Positions 11,127 through 23,900 of a DNA stretch of 50,124 bases are shown one piece after another. This DNA comes from Thraustochytrium aureum (Eukaryota). A program made the position numbers and the translations under genes. Within the stretch, counting starts at the first letter, position 1. Each line of letters opens with the position of its first letter. The notes below the pieces were generated by a model. The model saw nothing but the letters and a program-made list of their open reading frames with translations. It had not been told where the DNA came from and made no database searches. The stretch lies in assembly GCA_012862495.1 (NCBI GenBank), contig BLSG01000402.1, forward strand, positions 404,861 through 454,984. The letters run 5' to 3'.

Positions 11127-12476
11127 ATGGACGTCTCTAGCGCTGCGATCCTTGCTGTGAGCTCGCAGGACAGGCTTGTGACGTCGAACGCGCTGCTGTT
11201 TCTGGCGAACGGGGCGACGAGCGACAGGGAAGTCGCTGCGCGATGCGTTCGTGTGGCGGCGGAGGTTGCCCGTGACGAGAAGCGCGTCACGGACAACCTG
11301 GACGTCCTCGTGCGCATGATCGCTTGCTGTACCTGCTTTGAGCTGGACCTTGGCGGGCTCGAGCCAGAGATGGCCGTAGTGCTCTTGCAGGGCGTCCATT
11401 GTGCGGACGGGCCCGTACGACAGCTAGCAGTCCTTGGACTCGGAAACCTTGCCTTTGCCAGCCAGGGGGCGCGCAGCGCGATTTTCCGGTCTCCGCACTT
11501 CCCCAGCCTGCTGGCAATGCAGCCAAAGAGTGACAATCTACTCGGGTTGCTGGCCAACGTCTCCTCTGAAGCCCAGTCGCCGCAGCTCGCCGCAGCCGTG
11601 GCCGATCAGGCCCCCTTCAACTCGAGCGCCGCATTCGCGCTGTCCAACTGCGCGCGCGAAGGCCATGCCAAGCACATCACACGGCGCCTCGTCGAGGACA
11701 TGCTCAAGAGCACGGACGAGTCAATTCAAGAGTCTGGGATTGACATCATTGCAGCAATGCCTGCATCCGCGGTGGGCCCAACACCAGCGCTGTGCTGGAT
11801 GGCAGAGCACAAAAACGGAGACGTGGCTCGCAAGGCCCGGGCACAGGTGGGCCGGTTTATGGAGGACGACATCCTCGCTGTGCTTGAGCGCGGGTGCGTG
11901 CCAGTTTTGTGGCAGCTGAGCGGCGCAAGCCCGAACAGCTTTGGAAAACGCATGCTCGATGCCCTCAAGGAAAAGCTCAACTCGACCGTGCTACAGCTGC
12001 TTTTGCGCACCCTCGAGATGGAGGGCAACGTCGGACTCCGAGGGAACGTCGCATCTTGCCTCGCATTGCTCGCTCCAAGTGTGATGGCTCAGCACCTCGA
12101 GCCTATTGTAGCGATGGTTGGGACTGTAGAGGGCAATCAAGCAGGCCTCGATTTCTTGCAAGCAGTGCACGCGAGGATGATGCTGGCCTACGAGGGCCCC
12201 AACGCCGAGCTGCTCGCGCAACACACCTTGGAAGACGATCTCGACGTGCTCTGTGATGCGCTGACCCAGCCGGCTTCAGTGCCTTCTTCCATGCCTGAGG
12301 GCCAGAGCCGAGCGCGCCGCGATCATGCGTTCTCGCTTCTGCTGGACAAGTTGGACGCGGATCAGCGCGCGGGGACGCAGCAACGCGTCCAAAACGCGCT
12401 CCTTGAAGCCTGCCGCGGGGTCCTAAGTTCGTCTGCCGACGACGTGAACGGGGCGGAGCGAAAGCAGCCCGCTTGA
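11127..12476 (+). CDS. ARM/HEAT-like helical repeat protein, function unknown
   Basis: Leu/Ala-rich amphipathic helices with ARM-like motifs: VRQLAVLGLGNLA, LLGLLANVS, AAFALSNCA, NVASCLALLA. Confidence 0.65.
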   Translation: MDVSSAAILAVSSQDRLVTSNALLFLANGATSDREVAARCVRVAAEVARDEKRVTDNLDVLVRMIACCTCFELDLGGLEPEMAVVLLQGVHCADGPVRQLAVLGLGNLAFASQGARSAIFRSPHFPSLLAMQPKSDNLLGLLANVSSEAQSPQLAAAVADQAPFNSSAAFALSNCAREGHAKHITRRLVEDMLKSTDESIQESGIDIIAAMPASAVGPTPALCWMAEHKNGDVARKARAQVGRFMEDDILAVLERGCVPVLWQLSGASPNSFGKRMLDALKEKLNSTVLQLLLRTLEMEGNVGLRGNVASCLALLAPSVMAQHLEPIVAMVGTVEGNQAGLDFLQAVHARMMLAYEGPNAELLAQHTLEDDLDVLCDALTQPASVPSSMPEGQSRARRDHAFSLLLDKLDADQRAGTQQRVQNALLEACRGVLSSSADDVNGAERKQPA

Positions 12477-12765
12477 GGGCTTTCTTGCCAACGACGAAAG
12501 ACTGTTCCGTCCTCCGTCGACGCCGTGCGACGTGTTGCTCTCCGCAAAAGCAAGTGCGTTTCTCAGGTCGAAAAGTAGGCCATGCCACGCAACTCTCCAG
12601 AGTCTCCCAAATCTATTATTCCCAAATCTATTTTGTTGTTTCTGCAACCCTTGCTGCCGGCAGTCGCCCGCCTCGGCGTTAGCCCGAAGCGTCCGCAGGC
12701 AAGGCTGACGCTAGGCTGAAGCTAGGCTTCCTTCTGTCCTTCCTTTTACGTTGACCAACCCGCAG

Positions 12766-12832
12766 GCCAGCGCTGCAGTCCAACGCTACACGCCAGCGCT
12801 GCAGTCCAACACTAAACACCAGCGCTGCAAAC
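12766..12832. repeat. Minisatellite, ~3 copies of ~26 bp (ccagcgctgcagtccaac core)
   Basis: ccagcgctgca occurs three times just downstream of the Siw14-like stop codon. Confidence 0.8.
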
Positions 12833-12861
12833 CAGTAGCGCAGACTCTCGTGCCCGCTCGG

Positions 12862-13698
12862 TCACTTTGCTATTGCATCTTGCTCGGCACGGTCGGAGGC
12901 AGCGTTTGCTTGGTTTATGGGGCTCGCTCGCGAGTTTTCCTTCGATGGCGGCCGAGACACAGCGGCTCCGGGCCGCAGGGAAGGCGTCTGCTCGCTCTTC
13001 TGACGCCGCTCCGGTTCGCTCTTGCCCTGCTGCGAGGGCTGGCTCGATGACTCGCGCAGGGGCAAAAACGCGCCTGGTGCGGCAACTTCAGAAACAGTGG
13101 CAATCCACTTTGGCATGTGGCGCCGCTTTACGCGGACCCGGTTGACCGAAAACAGCTCGATGAACTGCTGGTCCATGAACCGTGACTTTGGCGCCGAAAA
13201 GCGAATATACTCGTCGAGCGTTGCCGAGAGCGACCACCCGCACGCCCTTCTCAGGCAGCCAATGAGACAGCCGGTACGGTGCTTGCCCTTGTTGCAATGC
13301 ACGAGCACGGGATGGTTGCGGGTATCGAGCAGGTGCTCCAGGGCCTGTCTAATCTTCGCTTCGTTGATGTCCACGAATGGCTCCTTGTTTCCGGGAACGC
13401 CGAACTGCAGAAGCTGCACGCCGTGGACCTTGTTAAATTGTTTGTTGGCGTCCGGATACTCCTCCAGCACGAGCGTCAGGATGCTGCGAAGCTCGAGCTT
13501 GCGCACGAAGGCAAAATTCTTCTTCTTCGGAAACCCAGACCTGTACACCCCGGGAACCACCATGCTGAAGTTTTCCGGCGCGATAAGCACCTCCTCTTCG
13601 GCATCAGACGCGCCAGGCCCCGCGATGCCGCGCAGCCCCTGTTCCTTGCTCTCTGCGAGGCTCGCGGCCTTGCCTTGCGTCTGGCCGCGCTCCGACAT
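12862..13698 (-). CDS. SIW14: Siw14/PFA-DSP family atypical dual-specificity phosphatase (inositol pyrophosphate phosphatase-like)
   Basis: PENFSMVVPGVYRSGFP, GNKEPF, catalytic loop HCNKGKHRTGCLIGCLR, and DQQFIELF. Confidence 0.92.
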   Translation of the reverse strand: MSERGQTQGKAASLAESKEQGLRGIAGPGASDAEEEVLIAPENFSMVVPGVYRSGFPKKKNFAFVRKLELRSILTLVLEEYPDANKQFNKVHGVQLLQFGVPGNKEPFVDINEAKIRQALEHLLDTRNHPVLVHCNKGKHRTGCLIGCLRRACGWSLSATLDEYIRFSAPKSRFMDQQFIELFSVNRVRVKRRHMPKWIATVSEVAAPGAFLPLRESSSQPSQQGKSEPERRQKSEQTPSLRPGAAVSRPPSKENSRASPINQANAASDRAEQDAIAK

Positions 13699-13770
13699 GT
13701 TGACAGCTATCCAGCAGCTATCCAGAGGTGCGCGGGGAAACCTCGCGCCTCGGAGGCCAGCGACGCCGGC

Positions 13771-13850
13771 CAGCAGCAACAGCAGCGGCAGCAAGCACTC
13801 GCCACCGCAGCAGCAGCCGCAGCAGCAGCCGCCGCAGCCGCAGCGGCCGC
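13771..13850. repeat. CAG/CCG-rich trinucleotide tract upstream of the Siw14-like gene
   Basis: cagcagcaacagcagcggcagc...cgcagcagcagccgcagcagcagccgccgcagccgcagc. Confidence 0.8.
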
Positions 13851-14985
13851 GCACAAGCAGGTCTGCCAGCGCTTGTTTGTCTTGCACAGCAAGACCAACC
13901 CAGCAGCATAGTCCACCCGTTTCTGCCGAGTCGATTGCCGCACTGTGACAGATGTACTCAGAGTACTCGCTTGCGCGACGTGCCGCCTCCGGTTGCTCGT
14001 CAGCGTCATGGCAGCGAGGGGTGCGCGCTCGCGCACGTCGTCAAGGCGCGAGACGACTCGGCCCAGCTCCCAGCGAAGAATGTAGGTCTCATCAGGAGCC
14101 CTGTTGCAATTCTCCCCCGGCGCTCTGCGCCGCTTTCCCGGCGATGGCAAGCGACATGTAGGGCTCGGTGCGCAGTGCACGCGTCCATGCCATGGCCAAG
14201 TGCTTGCGGTACGTTCTTCAGAAAGCGCAAGCAGGGTGGCTTCGGCGGCCCGTGCGCGGGCGAAAGCGAGCTGGTCGACTCGATGTTGTTAGCGCGCCAA
14301 AAGCGACGGAACGGAAGGCGCGACCCTTCAACGTGAGGCGCTCAAGCACGCTGCGGGGCACCTCGCTGCGCCACTGTCGAGAGGACCCAGACAAGCGTCG
14401 AAAAACCTGGAAGCAAGCAACAAACCCAAGGTCACTTCGGCCCGACCGATGCCGCAAAACTCGACGGACGCATGACAGTGCGCTACTGCACGAGGCGCGC
14501 ACGACAAACCTGCTGGGGACCACTTGCGGGTCGAACAAGTTGGCCCAGGTCTCCAGCTCGCAAGTCAATTGAAATGCTGCTCGCCAGAACAGAATCAGCT
14601 GACGCGGGATCATGATACGGGCGGTCAATACTCTTGGTCAATAATGGAAGGATCCTTGTCAGCGAGCAGACTCGGAAGCCCACGCCACGAGAGCGAGCGA
14701 GCGCGGGCCACGCGGCCGCGTGCGAGGCAGAGCGAACGAACGAGAGCGCAGAGAGCGCAGAGCGATAGATTGGTCCAGTCATAGACCGCTGACTGGCCCC
14801 CCTCGGCTTGCCTCTAGAGTTGTGCGGGGGCGGTTGACGGCTACGGGGCGAGTCACTAATCCAGCGCGGGGGCCGCGCTCCCTCCCTCCTCGTACCTTGG
14901 CGGGCTCCGGGCTAGGGTGGCTGGGCTGTCTGTACCTGGCCGGAGACGGGGCCCACGTAAGGACTGCCTGAACGCGCAAGGCGAG

Positions 14986-17900
14986 ATGGACGGCGGCCTG
15001 CAGAGGCCCGGCAAGGGCGGCGAGAGTGAGGCCAACAGCGTTGCCACAGAGGAGAAGGGCGTCGACAGGTCGGCTGCTAGCGCGGCCTCCCTGAACGAAT
15101 TCAAAGCGAATTGCAAGCTGTACGTGACTGTGCTTGGGAACCCAAAGCTCAACTTGTTCGACACGCTGCTCAACTTTGAGACGTGGATCACCTGGATCGA
15201 AAAGGGCAACGGCACCGACGCTCACACGGATCACTTTCAGCGCGTCGCGGTCCCCGAGATGGCGCACGCAGTTCTTAACAGACACTACAACGACTCGCAG
15301 GCCGAGCGCGTTTGCACGTTCTTGGAGCGCGTGCTCTCTATGCTCGTCGCAAGGCTCATCAACCTTGAAGGTTCGTTCAGCGAATCGGAGAGCAGTCTCC
15401 TGATCGAGCTGCTCAACCCTGGCAATCAGTTCTTTACTCTTTACGGCCACGTCCCGGTCATATTGCGAGCCAAGCCCGCCCCTGCCGCGAAGGTGGTGGA
15501 GCATGTCGAGGTCGACCCCGTGACGGAGAAGTGGCTCGATGCGCTGGGGCCCGGCGCTCTCGCACAGGTCTTCGCGGACGGCGCGTGGGCGGTGTGTAGA
15601 GTCGTGCAGGTTTCGCCCACTGACACAGAGGCTCAAGTTCACATCCTCGCGTTGAGCCCGGAACTCGCCCAGCAGGAACCGCAATCCGCGGCGTCGGCAG
15701 CAGTTGTAACCACACGTTGGTTCGCGAAGGAAGCAGACGTCTTTCGGCGCCTCGACGCCGGACAGGTCAGCGAGGACCCGTGCTTGGGCGCAGACCCGCT
15801 CGCCGAATCTACAGCGGACGGTGAGGCGCGAGAAAAGGCTGAGCGCGACGCCGAGGCCCTGCGTCAGTCGGAGCTGGCCGCGCAACTTGCAGAGGATGCC
15901 AAAGTCGTGGCTCTGTCTGCGCTTAGCGGGCGGGAACTCGAGTTTGAGTCATGGCGCTTTGACCTCGAGCCCGGGAGCATGTGCGATGCGCGCACCTCAC
16001 ACGGGGATTGGTACCAAGCCGTTGTCGTCGACGTCGTTTTCGCCACGGCGAACACCGACAGCGAAGGAGCTGATGCCGCGGCCCCAGCGGAACTGGACAG
16101 CTTGCTCGTCACGTTTGTCGGCTGTCCAACTTCCCAAGACGAGTGGTTGCTGCGCGGCGCGGCGAGCCGGCTTGCGCCTCTAAACTCGTCGTCGCAGGGT
16201 CGCCGCGGCCTGTACCTGTCCAAGGCTGCAGACCCCGTGTACGCGGCCTGCAGCGTGGACGATCGATTCGACCCGGAGGACGTTGTTGCGGTGATTCGTA
16301 CGGGACAGACCATTTCTGCGTCCCGTTTCCTGGTGCGCTGCGTCAACCACTTTGCTAGTTTGGGCGGGTTTGATGCCGTGCTAAGCCGCGTGCAATCCGG
16401 TCCAATCACGGCCGCGCTCCTCCAGCAGGCGGTCGAGCTGGTGTCCCGTGCCGCTCACGTGTACACAGGCGCCTTTGTGCGGCGGCAAGTGCCCAGTTTT
16501 GTTGCGCTCGTCGTCGCCAGCGTCCAAGCGCTTGACGCCGCGCAGGTGAGGCTAGTCAACCGCCACATGGTCAGCGAGGTGCTTTCTGGTGTCCAGCGGC
16601 TTCTCGTTCGAGTCGCTCCTCGCCGCCGCGTCGCCGAGCAAGTCGAGAGCCTGGCCTTGCTCTTTGCCTTGAAGCGGCTAGAGTCCAAGGCAATCATTCA
16701 GCGGCTCGACGGAATGGACTTTCTCCTCGAACTTGTCGATCGCGCGCGCACTGGGAGCCAATACCCTTCCGGGCTGAAGAAGCAGCCGAGCCGTGCAACT
16801 GCTGTCTCCTCCTCTGGCGGCGGGGACCCCTCTGCGGCAGTGCGGCGGGGGAAGCTGTTGGGCCTGTCGTCGGACACTATCAAGGCCGTCGCGGCAGCGG
16901 TAGCGTCAAAGGTGGCCGTCATCGGATCGTCAGGAGTGGCGTCTGGCCCAGCCGTGCAACCCCGCAAAAGTGTCAAGTCAGAGCCTATGCCTGCCTCCCA
17001 AGGGCCGGATCCAGACCCGAGCAGCGCGGCGGCGGCAGGGAACGAGCCAGAGTTTGAGTACGTTAGGGTTCAAGGGGCCCTCTGGCTTACGCCCGCGCTG
17101 CTAGCGGACCACATCCACCGTGCCCGTGTGCTAGAGCAAGCGTTGATTGGGCCACTCGCGCACCATGAGCTCGTCAAGCGCGCCACACGCGTTGTACATC
17201 TGCTCGTCGAGACCGGCAGGTTCGGACCGGCGACTGTGGACCTTGTCTTTGCCGCCATGGAAAGCGCGCGCGGCTCTGACGACGAGTTGGTCGCCGAACT
17301 CCACGACTTGCTCAGCGAGACCGTTGTCTTGCTCTCTGCTGAAAGTCTGAGCGCGGTGCTGGACCGCATCGAAACGGTGGCGCAGTCGCAGATAACTGCC
17401 AAAACGCTGGGGCTCTTGCGAGAGATATGCAAATGCCCGCAAGCGGCTGACGGCCAAGTGCGCCCGAGCATGCGCGCTCTTGACTTGCTCTGGTTGACAT
17501 TGCAGGATGGAAGCAGCCTCGACCCAAAGCTGCGGCCCACCGCGCAAGGGTGCCTCGAGGACGTCATCAAGTACTATGCCAGCATTGACATGATGCGAGC
17601 CTTTCCAAAGCAGTCTGGGCCCGACGTGGCCAACAAGTCGGCGTCGCAGGCTGGAGCCTCGCAGGCTGGAGCGCTGCCGCCCAATGCGCCGCTATCGCAA
17701 GACCAAGTATCGCTCGTCCTCGGGGTCCTCTCTGCCGCACAGCGGGTGGCCGAGCATGCTCCAACCACCGACCAAGACGGCCTCCTTCTTCGTCAAATCC
17801 TGGTCCACAAGTGCGTCGAGAGCTTGAGGCGCTCTACGAGCGTGCTCCAGGCCATCCAAGTCCTGCACGTCGTGGTCGAAAGCTTTCCGACCGCCGCAGA

Positions 17901-20900
17901 TCTTGGCGGGCGCGCGATGACTGTCGGCCCGGAAGACAAGCTAACAGGAGCAGAGTCACGGGAGCAAGTGCTCTCTTGGCTGGACTCTTCCCACGGCCTG
18001 CTTTGTCTGTGTCTCGCTGAACTCATCCGCTTTAAGGACGCTGCAGCGGGCGCTGGGTTTGTTGGGCGAAACGAAGAGTACGCAGAGCAGGTGCGCGGCC
18101 GCTTGCGGTGGCTTGCTTTTGCATTGACAGACTCGGCCCTCCAACTGGACTCGGCGCAGGTCGACCAGCTCTGGGAGGCCTTGGTCGACCGCGCGGCCGC
18201 GGAATCGGACCGGGAAGCGTTCTTCGCCTTTCTCAAGCAAGCGGCCGCAGCTGTCACCATTCCCAGCGCCCAGGAGCTCGCCCCCGACGCAACGGGAGGC
18301 GGGTCTGCTGTTCCGCTTGAAGCCGACGAGGCCAGCAAGGGCGGCTTGCAGGCATTCACGTTCCAAGTGGCAGAGTACGTATTCAGGGAGAAGCTTTGTG
18401 GCACCGCGCAGCTCACTTGGGCCGGATACGAGTGCTTCCAAACGTTTTTCTTCAAGGTCAACCTTGCGCACGGCAATCTTCTCCCAGTGGCGCGGTCTCT
18501 CAGCCTAGAGGCGAGTGACGCAACGCCGCTGAGCCGCTCGGAGGTGCTTGTTTCGAAAACGCCACTGCTTGGCGAGGACGAGCTGTGGCGCCTCGCGCTG
18601 GAATGCAGCGAAGAGCGCGTTGCCACCCACGCCGCAGGGATGCTGAGCCGCCTCCAGCCTTGTGTATGCGCCCAACCTTGCCCGACGTGGTCGCTGCCGG
18701 CCGCAAGGGCTTATTGAGGCCTGCATGAGCAAGCTGCGTGATGCCTCTGCCCGCGTGCGCGAGAGCGGCGAGCTCGGAGTTCACGGGACAAGGATTCAGC
18801 GCTGCCTCGCGCTGCTCAAGCCGCTCCTGGACTTTACGCGCGCTGAGGCCTCGCAGATCTGCAGCGTGCTCGGAGACGAGGCCTGGTCCAAGCTCGAGCC
18901 ACACGCAGCGAGCTCACGCGAAGAAGTCTTCGACGTTACGGTTAGCGTGAACCTCAAAGCCTCTCCGCGGCACGGCCAAAAGCTGCCGCTGCGTGTGCTC
19001 GCGAACGATCCTGTCTGGCGGCTCCGAGCTCAGATCGCGAGTATGCTGAGCTTGGAGCACGGCACGGAGTTTCTGCGCCTCTTCGCTGGCGGCAAAGAGA
19101 TAAAGCCGGACGCTGGCGTTACGGTGATGCGCGACGTGACGGGCTTCTCTTCGGGCGTGATGGTACTCGCTTGCGAGAAGCCGTGCGCACAACCGGCCGA
19201 CAAGGCAGATGTGGCGGCGGCGGCGGGAGCCATGGAAGCAAAGGCGGCCAAGTTTGACGCGACGTTGGCTGAGGCTCGCCAAAAGTTTAGCGTCCTCCCG
19301 AGTGTTCTATTGGCCTCCAACTCGAGCAACTTTGAGCAGCTCTTCGAGGCCCTCGAAGCTTGCGCAGGATTCCAGGGGGCTGGTCGTGCTCTGTCCGAGC
19401 AGCGTATCGCCGACGTGGTTGCATGCGACATTTGGCACATGTTGTCGGCGCTCCCTTCGGACCAGGCCTTGTCCCGCTCTCTTGATGAGGTAGCGCCCGA
19501 CGCGCTTGCGTTCCTCTCGGGTGGAGCTGGGACAACGTTCAAGCTCCTGTACATGTTGGAGCTTGTTGAAGCGCGTATCGTCCCAGCGCCCGGGAACATC
19601 GGCTTCTCTGCAGCGGCCCTTGGCGTCTCGCAGTCGGCAAGCAGCGCTGGAGATGGCCTTGTGGAAGGCCCCAAGACGGCAGCCGAGGCGGACGGGAACC
19701 GCGAGGTGCCTCCCCAGCAGCTTTGCGGCCCCTCCTTCTGATGGAGCGACTCCAAGTGACGGCTCCGCCTGGCGCGCCAAGTTTGTTGCTTCCGGGGGGT
19801 TCTCGGCCGTCAATGCGGGTCTCGTCGCCTTATCTGCAGCAGGCGGTCCGTCCAGATCCGAGGGCGAGTTTGGCCGCAGAATGCGGCTCGAGGCGCTGGC
19901 CAAGTTTGCCAAGCTAGCCTTCATCGGCCTTGCAGCCAAGGGCCCCGTCGGGACGGCCGGCCGCTCCCCGCTCGCCTTCGCCTCGCGAATCGCGGTCGTG
20001 CCGAGTATGCCTGCAGTAATCAAGCTGCAGAAGGAGTTGGAGATCTCTGGCGCCTCGACTGTGGCAACAGCCACCCTCTTCCCGCATGCTGTGCGCTCGG
20101 CATCGGCAAGCGCGACATCGAGCGACATCGGGGCGCTCATTGAGGAACTCGCTGCTGTTCCAGGCGCACCCGCCGCGCAGACACTCGACTCCATCGTCCA
20201 GCTCAGGCTCTGCGCGGAGACGGTTTTAAGTGCGGAAGTCCTCCGGCCTGGCCCGTGGCCGCCGATCGCTGAGGGTGCTGGGGGCGCGGCGCTCAAGACT
20301 GCCCTTCTTGGCATCTGCGCGTGGGGGGCCGGGCTGTGGGTCCTGGCATCACGTGACGCTGTCGACGCAAGGGTAGAGCTGGAGACGAGCGGCGCCGACT
20401 GCAGCGAAGGAGGCGGGGCCTTTGTGCAACGGGCCATCCTTGACGGACTGTGCTGCGAGACAGGTCCAATCGCCACCGTGACTCGCCGAGTGTTCCGCAA
20501 CGCCCTCCGCGCGCTCAACCCGGCCGACGGCTCCCGCGACGCCCTCAAGAGAATTGGGAGTATCTTGCTGGGCGAGGTCGACCCCCCGAACGGCGTTGGC
20601 TGGGCAAGCCAAGAGTACTTTGACCTCTGCATGGAGCTCCTCGCGGACGCCAGAGCCCACAACTTTGGTGCCGAGATGGGTCTGCTCTTCGCCACCGTGT
20701 TGTTGGCTCGATTGCGGAAAACGAGCGCAGTGGAGCGGGCTCTCGACACGGTTCCAGTGGATACGGACTGGGTCCTGATCGGAAGGCTTACACTACTCAC
20801 ACAAGCGCTCGATGCCTGCTCGGACGACTATGTGGCCACCGTGGCAGTCGAGCTAGCAGAGTTCGTCTTCGAAGATTGCCTCTTTGGTCTCCCAGCTCGC

Positions 20901-23900
20901 CGCGCGCCGCGATGCCACAGGTCGGTCACGCGCAAGACCGCCTTTGGGCTTGGGCTTGCGCTGTTGAAGAGGTCGCCTCGATACGACACATGGCACCACG
21001 TAGCCCGCTTTGTGCACGGGTTCACGCACGTCGACGCGCGCGACCTCGCAGCCTTCATGTCGAATCGAGCGGGGGCCGTGGTTCGCCCCATAGCGAGCGT
21101 AGTGAGCGGGCCAGTGGAAGGGGCGGTCGCGGCAGAGCCAGCCAGCGAGGAGTTTGCGTGGGCCGTAGAACTCGGGGCCGACCAGCGAGCCCCTTGCGGG
21201 TTTGCCGGGCTCGTCAACCTGGGGTTTATCTGCTATATGAACAGCCTTATTCAGCAGCTGTACATGGTGCCGCGCATCCGTTACGGGGTCTTGGCTGCAC
21301 GAGTCAATCATGCTGCTTCGGACACTGCCTCGCCGCCTGTTGCTCGTGAACTTTCAACGGGCAACGAAGATGCAGCAGACTGCGTGGAGACGACCGAGCC
21401 TGATCTGCTGGCAGAGCTACAAACAATGTTTGCGTCGCTCGAGATGACCGTCAAGCAGGCCTACAACCCAACTGGATGGTGCCTGGCCTTCAAGGACGAA
21501 AGCGGGGCACCCGTCAACGTCTGGCAGCAGCAAGACGCTCACGAATTTTTCAACACGGTTTGCGACAGGCTGGACGAACTCCTCAAAGACACGGCCCAGG
21601 GGAGACTACTGAAGCGGGCACTGGGCGTGTCGATCGCAAACCAGCTCATTTGTATCGATGACGCCGAGCCGGCGGGCTTGACTCGTGAGAATGCACCGGT
21701 TACAGAATACTGCCTCACGCAGGAACTCTTGACGACGAGTGGGTCCTTGCAAGATAGCCTCGCCGCGTTCGTCTCGGGCGAGGTCCTCAACGACTATCGA
21801 TGGGAGGAACGGGGCGGTGCCAAGCTGCGCACGTTGAAGCGGCAATGCGTGGCAGGGCTCAGCGATGTCGTCTTTGTCCATTTGAAACGTTTCCGCCTCA
21901 ATTGGGAAACCTTCCTGACCGAGAAGATCAACTCGCGCTTCGAGTTCCCGCTCGAGCTTGATTTTTTCCCATACACTAAGGAGGGTCTCGAATTGGCCGC
22001 GCAGCAGGCCAAGGGCGTGGATGCCAGCCAAAGCGCCGAGTACGCACCGCGCGGACGAGCGTACTACGCGTATCGGCTTGCCGGCGTTGTCGTGCACTCG
22101 GGTGCCTCGTTGAACAGCGGGCACTACTATTCGTACATTCGGTCCCGGCTTGGGCCAAGCGCTGGCCAGTGGTTTGAGTTCAACGACAAGGTCGTGAAGC
22201 CGTTTGACATTGAGGAGCTTGACACGGCAACCTTTGGCGGAAGCGTCCGGCAGACCGAGTACGGGGTCGAGATCCCCAGTGTGAACAACGCGTACATGGT
22301 TGTCTATGAGCGCGTCACACCGCAACAGCTGGAGGCCGACTTTCTTCGCGGCGAGCACCTCGACCCCGTTGTGGTGAGCGCTGTTTGCGAGAAGCTCAAA
22401 GGGGGGCAGTCGCTTTGCGCAACAGAGCACTCTGCGCTTTTCCCAAGCGCGACGTACGCGGCCCTTGCCCACGAGAACGCCATGTTTGAGCGCGTCCTGT
22501 ACACTTTTGGGTCCGGTTTGCAGAGCTTTTTTACTCGTGGGATCAAGACCCTTCTCGAGCTCGCGCAAGAGCAGAAGGCGCCCGCGTCGGTCCACGCCTC
22601 GCTTGGCACAACCATGCCTGTGAGCGGGCCAGTTGACGTCCTCAGCGGGCAGGCCGAGGGCTCTTTTCTCCTNNNNNNNNNNNNNNNNNNNNNNNNNNNN
22701 NNNNNNNNNNNNNNNNNNNNNNNNNNNNNNNNNNNNNNNNNNNNNNNNNNNNNNNNNNNNNNNNNNNNNNNNNNNNNNNNNNNNNNNNNNNNNNNNNNNN
22801 NNNNNNNNNNNNNNNNNNNNNNNNNNNNNNNNNNNNNNNNNNNNNNNNNNNNNNNNNNNNNNNNNNNNNNNNNNNNNNNNNNNNNNNNNNNNNNNNNNNN
22901 NCCTCGAGGCGGCTACGTACGTCTCGAACACCTTGGTGCGCGCTTGCAGCAGCGCCGACCTGCCCGCCACCGTGGAGCGCCTCTGCGAGCTCTACCGACT
23001 AGCAAGCCCGGAGCATGCGCGGGCGGCTTTGCGGATGGTTGTGGACTCGTCGCAGTCGCACGGCGCCCTGACTGGGGCCTTGCTGGTCCAGCCCAGCGAA
23101 ATCGTGCGCGAGGCTTTCGGCAAGCTGCTCATTGGCCTCATCGGCTCGTCGCAGCTTGACCTTGCGGAGGACCAGCGTCTGATTCCCGCGCTCGCGTTTG
23201 AACTGTGTCGCCCGCTTGTGAGCGGCCAAGCCCGCTCGAGCTGGAGGAGGCACAAGTGGTTCTGGGCCGTTCTCACCGCTGGCGCTCGCCACTCGCGCGG
23301 CCTCTGCAAAGCGTTGGCCGACGCCAACGTGGTCGCTCATGTCGTGGACGCGTTTCTCGGCAAAGAGTCCCCTCTCGAGGATGAGTGGAGGCGCCACGGC
23401 CTCGGGGTGCGCCCGCCGCGTGCAGCCTTGCCAGGGCCGGGCCCCGCTGAGGCGAGTTGGGACGAGCCGATGGAGTGCGTTGCCGTCGTGGTGTGCGCTT
23501 CCTGGCCGTTCCTGGGCTCGCAGAATGGGGAGTTAGCTGGGCTTGGCATCGCAACTCAGCCTCCCACGGCCCCGCGGGGAGGGGCGTTCCTGCAGCCGTC
23601 TGCGCTGACGCTGAGGACGCTGACAATACGGCATTTCTATGAGGAGGCTCTTTTCCTGTGCGTTCGCGCCGGTGCCTCGGGCCGCTTTCAGAGGTTTCTT
23701 TCAGCGCTTACTGACGTTATGTGCCACGTTTCGTTTGGGTGGCCCGAGTTTGCGGGCCACGCGACGCAGGTTGTTTTGCGTGGCTTGCTGGGGACGACCG
23801 CGGATGGTGTCGCCGTTTACATGAAGGTTTTCGAGCGCCTTTTGAGCCTGCCGGACGTCGAAGGCAGTGAGTGGGCGAGCCGGGCTCTGGGGGGCTGCGA

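Noticed and set aside
10366..12832. Short repeats as CRISPR-like arrays
   Set aside because: Units are degenerate and irregularly spaced, there are no unique spacers or cas genes, and the context is eukaryotic.
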